In this document: positions 57,298 through 64,000 of the stretch, in pieces
How the letters are laid out: every line of letters begins with the position of its first letter
How positions within the stretch are numbered: the first letter of the stretch is position 1
From: Acidobacteriota bacterium
Lineage (GTDB): Bacteria; Acidobacteriota; Thermoanaerobaculia; Multivoradales; UBA5704
NCBI GenBank assembly: GCA_034667225.1
Contig: JAXDKG010000051.1
Location: forward strand, 106,657-170,656
Length of the DNA: 64,000 nt
Direction: 5' to 3'
Position numbers and translations under genes: made by a program
The notes under the pieces: model-generated
Told to the model about the DNA's origin: nothing
Database searches by the model: none
Seen by the model: only the letters and a program-made list of their open reading frames with translations

Positions 57298-58392
57298 ATG
57301 CGGTTCCCGACGTACCTGAAGCTCGGCTTCGTGCTGGTCCTGCTCCCTGCTACCGCCATGGCGGGCACGGTGAGCCTTTCGAATACGAACAAGAAGGCGG
57401 AGAAGCGCTGGACGGCGGAGCGCTATGCCGCGGCCCGGCCGCTGCCCATGCGGCAGGTCGATTCCGACATCGATCCGTTCCCCGCTGCCCTGGAAGAGAC
57501 GGAGTCGGCCCCCGGGAGCCGTTCCGCGGCGGGCCGGGCGCCGATGGCCGGAGTCCGCGCCGACTCGTCGAACCGGCTGTTCGACGCCCGGGACCGCGAG
57601 CTGGCCTCGATCTTCGGCGAGGACCTCGATTCCATCGCCGAGCCGGCTTCGGGCAGCGGCGGCGGCTATTTCACCAGCTCCCGGCTCGTGCCCGAATCGG
57701 CCGACGAGAGCTATCCCTACTCCACCGTGGGCAAGCTGTTCTTCACCATTCCAGGCCAGGGGGATTTCTACTGCTCGGCGGCCGTGATCCGCAATCGGGT
57801 CATCGCGACCGCGGCGCAGTGCATCCACAGCGGCACCCCCAGCCCGGGCTTCTACGACGACTTCGAGTTCGTCCCGGTCTACCGGGACGGCACGGCGCCC
57901 TTCGGCATCTGGGCCTGGGAGTACGTGACCGTGTCTTCGACCTGGACGAGCGGCAAGGGCAAGCTTCCCCATGCCGCGGATTTCGGGCTGATCGAGCTCG
58001 AGGACCGGGTGGTCAACGGCGCGCTCCACACGATCGGCGACATCGTGGGCTACCTGGGCTATGCGACCCAGCGCCTGCGCCCGAACCACGTGCACATGCT
58101 CGCCTATTCGAGCAGCCATGACGGCGGCGAGATCGTCCACCAGGTGACCGCGAAGGATCACAAGACGGCGAAGCCGACCAACGTCCTGTACGGCTCCGAC
58201 ATGCGCGCAGGCTCGGCCGGCGGACCGCTGATCCAGGATTTCGGCGACGACCCGGACCTGGTGAGGTGGGTCGGCGCACTTTCGACCTTCAACAGCTCGA
58301 CCTCGGTGAAGCTGCAGGGGGCTTCCATCCCGGACACCCGCTTCACGAGCCTGCTCAACGACGTCTGCGCCCATCGGGGCGGGAACTGCTGA
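57298..58392 (+). CDS. secreted trypsin-like (S1 family) serine protease homologue with non-canonical catalytic motifs
   Basis: 364 aa; signal peptide; S1 fold signatures, but ATAAQCIHSG where TAAHC is expected and GSAGGPL where GDSGGP is expected. Confidence 0.6.
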   Translation: MRFPTYLKLGFVLVLLPATAMAGTVSLSNTNKKAEKRWTAERYAAARPLPMRQVDSDIDPFPAALEETESAPGSRSAAGRAPMAGVRADSSNRLFDARDRELASIFGEDLDSIAEPASGSGGGYFTSSRLVPESADESYPYSTVGKLFFTIPGQGDFYCSAAVIRNRVIATAAQCIHSGTPSPGFYDDFEFVPVYRDGTAPFGIWAWEYVTVSSTWTSGKGKLPHAADFGLIELEDRVVNGALHTIGDIVGYLGYATQRLRPNHVHMLAYSSSHDGGEIVHQVTAKDHKTAKPTNVLYGSDMRAGSAGGPLIQDFGDDPDLVRWVGALSTFNSSTSVKLQGASIPDTRFTSLLNDVCAHRGGNC

Positions 58393-58403
58393 TGGAGTGA
58401 GCT

Positions 58404-59339
58404 CTAGCCGATGTCCTGCTTCCGCAGGGATTGATCGATCATCACCGCCGCGATGTTGCCCGTGCCCATGGCCACAGCCACCTGCTGGGTCATGGGCCGG
58501 ATGTCTCCCGCGATCCAGACTCCCGGAACGTTCGTATCCCCTCGTTGCGACTTCGGCTGCACGTGATGGCCGGTCGAGGCCATTTCGATGCCGAGCTGTT
58601 GCGCCAGGTCGGTCCGGCCCACGGCGGGGCTCGAGACGAAGAAGGCTTCGGCATTCAGCGTGCGGCCGTCCTGGAGCTCGAGGCCGGTGAGCATCTTGTC
58701 CTCTCCCACCAAGCGCTGAATTTTTCCGGGGATCACCTCGATCCCTTTCTCTCTCAGTTTCTCAGCGTGGCGTTCGGGCAGGCCGGGCTCGGTCGTGGCG
58801 AGAACGCGCAGGCGGTCGGTGTAGCGCGAGAGGCCCAGCGCCATGCCGGCTGCACTGTCCGTCGAGCCCACTCCGATCACGATCGTGTCCTTGCCCCGCA
58901 CCTCGGGCGCCTCGCAATCCGAGCAGTAGAAAAGGTTTCCTTTGCCTGCGTAGTGGAAGCAGGGGGTGAAGTCGCCGTCCACGAGCGGATGGTAGCGGGC
59001 CACGCCGGTCGCGAGGAGCAGCGTGCGGCCGCGGAAGGTCTCGCCCTTTTCGCCGGTGAGGAGGAAGTCCCCGTCGTGCCCCTCGGCCTTCACGATATTG
59101 GCGCGGCGGACCTCGGCGCCCATCTCCTTGGCCTGTTCCCTCAAGCTCTTCTGGATGTCGATACCGCGCACATGAGGCATGCCGGGCACATTGTGGAGCT
59201 GCTCCAGGGTGAAGAAGAGCGGGCCGCTGACGCGGTCGAGGACCAGCGTCTTGCGGCCGTGCCAGGCGAGGTGGAGAGCCGCCGTGAGCCCGGCCGGCCC
59301 GCCGCCGACGATCAGGGTGTCGTAGATCGTGTCGGTCAT
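58404..59339 (-). CDS. FAD/NAD(P)-dependent oxidoreductase of the thioredoxin-reductase family
   Basis: 311 aa; FAD motif IVGGGPAGLTAA; NAD(P) motif; CSDC redox motif. Confidence 0.7.
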   Translation of the reverse strand: MTDTIYDTLIVGGGPAGLTAALHLAWHGRKTLVLDRVSGPLFFTLEQLHNVPGMPHVRGIDIQKSLREQAKEMGAEVRRANIVKAEGHDGDFLLTGEKGETFRGRTLLLATGVARYHPLVDGDFTPCFHYAGKGNLFYCSDCEAPEVRGKDTIVIGVGSTDSAAGMALGLSRYTDRLRVLATTEPGLPERHAEKLREKGIEVIPGKIQRLVGEDKMLTGLELQDGRTLNAEAFFVSSPAVGRTDLAQQLGIEMASTGHHVQPKSQRGDTNVPGVWIAGDIRPMTQQVAVAMGTGNIAAVMIDQSLRKQDIG

Positions 59340-59350
59340 TTGGACGAAGT

Positions 59351-60283
59351 TTATCGCAGGCCGGATTGGAGCGCTTCAAGCTCCTTCAGGATGGGTTCGA
59401 AGCCGGCGAGGCGTCGATCCCGGTCCTTGACCAGGCAGGCGGCGATCAGGGCGGAGAGCCGGGGATCGTACTCGGGGTTGAGCTCATGGATCGGCCTCGG
59501 ATCCTCTTCCAGGAGCCGGCGGGAGACCTCCGGGAAGCTGGTGGCGGCGAACGGGCGCACGCCGGTGAGCAGCTCGTAGGCCAGGACGCCGAAGGAGAAG
59601 ACGTCCGCCCGGGCGTCCACCTGCTCGCCGCGGAACTGCTCGGGGGAGACGTAGCCGAGCGTGCCGATGGCCACCCCCTTGGTCGTGAGGTTCAAATCCC
59701 GGTCGAGCAGCTTGGCGAAGCCGAAGTCCATGAGCTTGACGGAGCCGTCCGGCAGCACCCGCACGTTGCGCGGCTTGACATCGCGGTGGAGGACGCCCTG
59801 GGAATGGGCGTAGGCCAGCCCGCGGGCGATCTGGAGGAGCACCGCGGTCCGCTCGCGGAGCGTCATCGGGTCCCCCCGCTTGATGAAGGCGCTCAGGTCT
59901 TCGCCTTCGAGCAGCTCCTGGACCAGGTAGGGGAAGTCGCCCTCGGACCCCAGCTCCAGCACCCGGGTGACGTTCGGGTGCTGCAGGGCCGCGGCGATCT
60001 GGGCTTCGAGCAGGAAGCGCCGGCGGAGCTTCGGATTGGTGCTCGTGCAGACCTTGATCGCGACGTCGGCATGCCGCTCGGGGTCCCACCCTCTGTAGAC
60101 CACGGCCACGCCGCCGGTGCCGATCCGCCGGATCAGGTCGTAGCGGCCGACACGGTCGCGGCCTTCGAGGGGATCGGAGAGGCGTTCGCGCAAGGTGCGA
60201 CGAGTGTAACGAATCCCCGGGGCGATTCGCCCGAGAAAGTGCAGGCAAGCGGACGGGCTGCCCTGTAAAGAGAACTGATTCAA
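59351..60283 (-). CDS. serine/threonine protein kinase
   Basis: 310 aa; IGTGGVAVVY…AIK, HRDVKPRNV, DFG, GTLGYVSPE. Confidence 0.85.
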   Translation of the reverse strand: MNQFSLQGSPSACLHFLGRIAPGIRYTRRTLRERLSDPLEGRDRVGRYDLIRRIGTGGVAVVYRGWDPERHADVAIKVCTSTNPKLRRRFLLEAQIAAALQHPNVTRVLELGSEGDFPYLVQELLEGEDLSAFIKRGDPMTLRERTAVLLQIARGLAYAHSQGVLHRDVKPRNVRVLPDGSVKLMDFGFAKLLDRDLNLTTKGVAIGTLGYVSPEQFRGEQVDARADVFSFGVLAYELLTGVRPFAATSFPEVSRRLLEEDPRPIHELNPEYDPRLSALIAACLVKDRDRRLAGFEPILKELEALQSGLR

Positions 60284-60310
60284 CCCCCCTGTCTTGTGAA
60301 AGGAGTCGAC

Positions 60311-60514
60311 ATGCCCGAGCTGAAGAGAAAGGGAGAAGCGGGAGTGCGCGAGCTTCGCCTCGCCCTCGATTCAAGAACCGATTTCAAGGAAGTCGTAGGC
60401 ATTCTGGAGCGGGTTCTGACCATCAAGGACCTGCCCGGCATCAAAGGCTGTGCCCCCTGCCTGTCCGGCCTCGAGAAGCTGGTCATCCAGGACCTCGTCA
60501 CCAACCCACAGTGA
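60311..60514 (+). CDS. candidate RiPP precursor peptide (67 aa) for the adjacent MNIO/DUF692 enzyme
   Basis: AAAGGAG RBS 7 nt before ATG 60311 (track lists GTG 60296); MPELKRKGEAGVRELRLALDSRTDFKEVVGILERVLTIKDLPGIKGCAPCLSGLEKLVIQDLVTNPQ; only 2 Cys, in a GCAPC motif; ends 42 nt before the DUF692 ATG. Confidence 0.5.
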   Translation: MPELKRKGEAGVRELRLALDSRTDFKEVVGILERVLTIKDLPGIKGCAPCLSGLEKLVIQDLVTNPQ

Positions 60515-60555
60515 GCGCAGCCCGTCCGCGCGCCTCAGTCTTTGGAGGAGCAAAC

Positions 60556-61458
60556 ATGGATCGCATCCCATCGCTCGGCATCGGCCTCGCCTACCAGCCC
60601 GCCCTGCGCCCCTACATCGAGGAGAAGCGGGACACGTTCGACTACGTCGAAATCGTCCCCGACCTGTTGTGGACTGACTTGGGAGCCGGCAAGACGCCGC
60701 GCTACGTAGACGACGAGGAGGGGCTCGCGTTCCTCCGCCGCTGGGCGGATGGCCGGCCGGTGATCCCCCATGGAATCGGACTGTCCATCGGCACCGCCCA
60801 CCGCTTCAACCGCGACCATCTGGGCCAGGTGGAGAGGTGGTTCGAACGGTTCGGGTTCCCGTGGCACAGCGATCATCTCGCCTACAACCTTGCAGAGCAT
60901 GGGATCGACGAGATGAACGTCGGAGTGACGATGCCGCTGCCGCGCGACGAGGAGACGCTGGAGTCGCTGGCGCCCCGGATCGCCGAGGTGCAAAGGCGGC
61001 TGCCGGTGCCGTTCCTGCTGGAGAACAACGTCTATTTTTTCGAGATGCCGGGCGAGGAGATGAGCGACGCGCAGTTCCTCAACGCCCTGTGCGCGAGGAC
61101 CGGCTGCGGTCTGCTCCTCGACCTCCACAACGTCTACTGCAACAGCGTCAACCATGCTGCCGACGCCTTCCGGCTCCTCGACGAGCTGGACATGGGCCGC
61201 GTGGTGGAGATCCACGTGGCGGGCGGCATGGAGCACGAGGGCTGGTGGCTCGACGCCCACTGCGGACCGCTGCCCGATCCTGTCTGGTCGCTCCTCGAAT
61301 ACGCCCTGCCGCGCTGCCCGAACCTGGGCGGCGTCACCTTCGAGATGCTCGGCTCCTGGTTCGTGGACATGGGGAGCGAGCGCCTGGAGAGGGAGCTCCT
61401 GAGGTTGCGGGAGCTCTGGCACCGGTACCGTTGCGCGCCGTTGGAGCAGACCGCGTGA
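60556..61458 (+). CDS. DUF692/MNIO family protein (MbnB/TglH-like multinuclear non-haem iron oxidative enzyme)
   Basis: GGAGGAG RBS 5 nt before ATG 60556 (track GTG 60511 would overlap the precursor); N-terminal MDRIPSLGIGLAYQPALRPYIEE…FDYVEIVPD; C-terminal VEIHVAGG…GWWLDAHCGPLPDPVWSLLEYAL; both are hallmark DUF692 patterns. Confidence 0.75.
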   Translation: MDRIPSLGIGLAYQPALRPYIEEKRDTFDYVEIVPDLLWTDLGAGKTPRYVDDEEGLAFLRRWADGRPVIPHGIGLSIGTAHRFNRDHLGQVERWFERFGFPWHSDHLAYNLAEHGIDEMNVGVTMPLPRDEETLESLAPRIAEVQRRLPVPFLLENNVYFFEMPGEEMSDAQFLNALCARTGCGLLLDLHNVYCNSVNHAADAFRLLDELDMGRVVEIHVAGGMEHEGWWLDAHCGPLPDPVWSLLEYALPRCPNLGGVTFEMLGSWFVDMGSERLERELLRLRELWHRYRCAPLEQTA

Positions 61459-62060
61459 GCGCTGCGGTCTTCCAGTCCGCGTTGGCTCGCTTGGTAGTCG
61501 ATCCCGATTTCCGGGACGGCGTTCGCGGGCGCGGGGCCGAGGCCCTTCCCGCAGAGCTGTCGGACCTGGAGCGGGAGCGTCTCCTGGCCGTGGCCGTCGA
61601 TCGCGGACTGGATATCACCCGCACGCTGCACGTCGGTTTCCGTCTGGCCAAGCTCCTGGCGTGGATTCCCCTGACCTGCGCCGTGCTCGGCCGCGAGGTC
61701 CGCATCCGGGAAGTGGGAGAGTTCTGGAAGAGGCGCCTGCCGGTGAGCTTCTACTATCTGGAGGAGGCCGTGGCCTTCTGCGACTACATTCTGGAGCGGG
61801 CGGGGGAGGGGCTCGAAATCCCCTACCTGGAGGAGGTCGCGGCCTATGAGCGCGCTTCGCTGGAGCTGCGTCGAGCGCGGCCGGCGGGCGAGGAGGCTGC
61901 TCCCCAGACGGTGGGGTTCCTGCACGACCCCGAGGCCCTGTTGGGAGCGCTGGCGCGGGGGGAGGAGCTCGGAGGCTTGCCCGAAATGCCGTGCCGGCTG
62001 GTGGGGAGGCGGGTGGAGGATGGGGTGGAGTGGGGCTTTTACAGCCGCCACCAGTCGTAG
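61455..62060 (+). CDS. DUF2063-like partner protein of the MNIO enzyme (MbnC/TglI-like)
   Basis: GTG start overlapping the DUF692 stop (GTGA); 201 aa; N-terminal VFQSALARLVVDPDFRDGV resembles the DUF2063 N-terminal region. Confidence 0.5.
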   Translation: MSAAVFQSALARLVVDPDFRDGVRGRGAEALPAELSDLERERLLAVAVDRGLDITRTLHVGFRLAKLLAWIPLTCAVLGREVRIREVGEFWKRRLPVSFYYLEEAVAFCDYILERAGEGLEIPYLEEVAAYERASLELRRARPAGEEAAPQTVGFLHDPEALLGALARGEELGGLPEMPCRLVGRRVEDGVEWGFYSRHQS

Positions 62061-62521
62061 GCCTGTTGCTCAGGATCCCAGAAGATGTGGAAGGCGTCGC
62101 ACTGGTCGTCGTGGAGGTTGATCCCCGGCTTGGCGGGGGACCCTTCCTCCTCGATCTTCTCCAGGTCGATCGTGGCCTCGCGGGAGCAGAGGGCATCCTG
62201 CGTGCCGTCCCAGGGGAACCCCAGGGTCCAATGCCGGCAGGAGTCCCCGACCGGACCGTGCACGATCCCTACGACGAGCCGGTTGCCCCGGATGCCGGTC
62301 AGGGCGTAATCCTCCGTCCCATCCTGGTTCAGGTCCGCCTCGAGCAGGCTGGCGGGGTCCCACTCCGTATCCGGCTCGCGCTGCCGCAGGACGTCGAGGG
62401 CCGCCATGCCTTTCGCCGGAGGCCGCGGGGGAGTCTCCGGGCCGGAGGGCGGACGCGTGCCGACGCAGCCGAGGAGCCCCGGCAGGGCGAGCGTCAACAG
62501 GATGCGGACCGCGGTCTTCAT
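62039..62521 (-). CDS. lipoprotein of unknown function
   Basis: 160 aa; signal/lipobox LALPGLLGCVGT; 3' end overlaps the DUF2063 gene convergently. Confidence 0.5.
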   Translation of the reverse strand: MKTAVRILLTLALPGLLGCVGTRPPSGPETPPRPPAKGMAALDVLRQREPDTEWDPASLLEADLNQDGTEDYALTGIRGNRLVVGIVHGPVGDSCRHWTLGFPWDGTQDALCSREATIDLEKIEEEGSPAKPGINLHDDQCDAFHIFWDPEQQAYDWWRL

Positions 62522-62533
62522 CGCCGGAGGATC

Positions 62534-63190
62534 TTACTGCCGATCGAAACGCTCGATACGCTCCTGGATCTCACCGGTGATCTTGCGGAGAGAGGCCATG
62601 TCAGTGGTGCTGAGGTGCTCCTTCAGCTCCTCGAAGAGCGGCTCGACCGGCGGCCGGTAGTCGTGCATCAGGGTCGCGATGTCACCTTCGTAGAGCGCGA
62701 CGCGGGCGAAGTTCCCCTGGCGATAGAGGGAGGGAAGGGCGTACAGCTTGAGGAGCAGCAGGCCCTCCACCGTGGCGCAGGGGATCTCCCGTTCGACGAA
62801 ACGCTGGGTCGTGGCGTAGCGCCGCCTGACCTTCTCGAACAGCGGATTGCTGGTCAGGAGGAGGTCGATCTGGAGGCCGTCGAAGGTGCCGCGCGCGAAG
62901 TCGTCGTCCTGTTTATCGATCCGGATCTCGGGCAGCTTCTCCAGGGAGGACAGCGCCATGATGAGGTCGATGTCCTCAGTGTTGCGGCCTTCCACGTACT
63001 TGAGGAGGGCGATGCCTCCGACGAGGAGGTAGTCGGTCCGCCGTTCCCCGAGGAGGATGAAGAGACGGCTCACCGCCTTCAGCAGATCGTCGCCTTGCAC
63101 GGCACCTCCGCGCTTGCTTCCGAAGTTGAAGAGGACCGCGTTGCGGACGACCTTGCCGATATGGACTTCCCGGGTCTCAGCGGTTCTCAT
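62534..63190 (-). CDS. nucleotidyltransferase-fold protein (minimal pol-beta-type NTase, AbiEii-like)
   Basis: 218 aa; LLVGGIALLKYVEGRNTEDIDLIM = hG[GS]…[DE]h[DE]h NTase motif. Confidence 0.45.
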   Translation of the reverse strand: MRTAETREVHIGKVVRNAVLFNFGSKRGGAVQGDDLLKAVSRLFILLGERRTDYLLVGGIALLKYVEGRNTEDIDLIMALSSLEKLPEIRIDKQDDDFARGTFDGLQIDLLLTSNPLFEKVRRRYATTQRFVEREIPCATVEGLLLLKLYALPSLYRQGNFARVALYEGDIATLMHDYRPPVEPLFEELKEHLSTTDMASLRKITGEIQERIERFDRQ

Positions 63191-63639
63191 GACACTTCGA
63201 TCTTATCCTCCATCCCCTCGAATTGCCGGATCTCCTCCTTCAGGCTCTCCGGTAAGGGGATGGACCGGCCGGTTCCGTAGTCGACCCAGACGATGACGCC
63301 GTGGCCGTCGGCCACCCGCTGGCCGAGGGTTTCGGTGCCGCGGTAGACGATCTCGTAGTCCATCCGAAAGCTGCTCCGTCCGATCTCGGAGACCCGGGCG
63401 AGGACTTCGAGCTCGGCGGGATAGCGCACCTGCTGGCGGAAGTTGAGGTGTGCGGCGGCGAGCGCCGGACCGTGCTTCTCCCCCTGCCGGTGGTCGTACA
63501 TGTGCACCGCCGCGAAGTAGCTCATCCGGGCCGACTCGCAGTAGGTGAAGTACTTGGCGTTGTTGACGTGCCCCATGGAGTCCATGTCCCCCCAGCGCAC
63601 CGAGATCGGCTCCACGTGTCCTCTGTGCTCCTCGCTCAT
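63187..63639 (-). CDS. acyl-CoA thioesterase, hotdog fold (YbgC/4HBT family)
   Basis: 150 aa; VRWGDMDSMGHVNNAKYFTYCESAR is the 4HBT catalytic-region pattern; ATGA overlaps at both ends. Confidence 0.75.
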   Translation of the reverse strand: MSEEHRGHVEPISVRWGDMDSMGHVNNAKYFTYCESARMSYFAAVHMYDHRQGEKHGPALAAAHLNFRQQVRYPAELEVLARVSEIGRSSFRMDYEIVYRGTETLGQRVADGHGVIVWVDYGTGRSIPLPESLKEEIRQFEGMEDKIEVS

Positions 63640-63971
63640 CGATCCTCCACCAGTTCCAGGAGCCGCTCCGGCGGCCGGCCGACCACGGCCCTGTCTCCAA
63701 GCACTCCGATAGGGGGCTGAAGCAGGGTCGGGTGGCGCGCCATGGCGGCGATCAGCTCCTTGTCCGGCTCTTCACCGGTGAAGCCCAGGTCGTTCTTCCG
63801 CAGCACGTCGCGCGGGCGGAGGCCCAGCTTGCGCAGCACCTCGCGGATCTCCTTCTCGGACAGCGGCTCCCGGTTGTACTCCCGGTAGCGGTACTCGATT
63901 CCCTTCCCGTCCAGCAAGGCGACCGCCTTGCGGCAGGTGCTTCAGGTCGCGGCGCAGATCAGCTCGATCAT
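63636..63971 (-). CDS. ArsC/Spx (YffB)-family thioredoxin-fold protein with in-frame TGA (candidate selenocysteine, UxxC)
   Basis: ATG at 63971 (complement): MIELICAAT-[TGA 63944-63942]-STCRKAVALLDGKGIEYRYREYNREPLSEKEIREVL…; family consensus …LY…C..CRKA…; the track ORF starts only at the TTG after the TGA. Confidence 0.55.
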
Positions 63972-64000
63972 GGGCCCGATTCTATGCCGAGCGGGGCGGC

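Noticed and set aside
60511-60555. GTG start at 60511 for the DUF692 gene (track ORF)
   Set aside because: It would overlap the precursor ORF end; a GGAGGAG RBS sits 5 nt upstream of ATG 60556, and DUF692 proteins normally begin just before the GxGL motif.

Overview
High-GC (~68%) bacterial chromosomal segment, densely coded; the order of genes can be read off the feature list. Clearly identifiable genes include secF (5' partial), relA/spoT, rpmB, a type IV pilus pilMNOPQ cluster followed by IPT/TIG and Big-domain lipoproteins, accB-accC-thiE-aroK, a convergent ccmABCDEF cytochrome c maturation operon, an ECF sigma/anti-sigma pair, hbd, proS, a vapBC toxin-antitoxin pair and a gntR-ABC operon. 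The most interesting region is 60.3-62.1 kb: a small Cys-containing ORF with a strong RBS, immediately followed by a DUF692 multinuclear non-haem iron oxidase (MNIO) and its DUF2063 partner. This is the precursor-MbnB-MbnC / TglA-TglH-TglI gene arrangement that marks RiPP biosynthetic clusters, but the precursor here resembles no described one. The second highlight is an ArsC/Spx-family gene at the 3' end of the window (63636-63971, minus strand). It carries an in-frame TGA exactly where the first Cys of the family's CxxC motif sits, giving UxxC, with a GGUC-looped hairpin 11 nt downstream like a bacterial SECIS, so it is a candidate selenoprotein. Other notable items: a lower-GC islet (28.6-31.2 kb) next to a tRNA-Asn(GTT)-like gene, containing a PIN toxin with an overlapping downstream partner ORF, a GNAT gene and a free-standing promoter-26-codon ORF-terminator unit. 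There are also three unrelated tandem-repeat arrays, a tandem paralogue pair of unknown function, and an unlisted ccmD. Many long antisense ORFs in the six-frame track are GC-driven artefacts and are not called.
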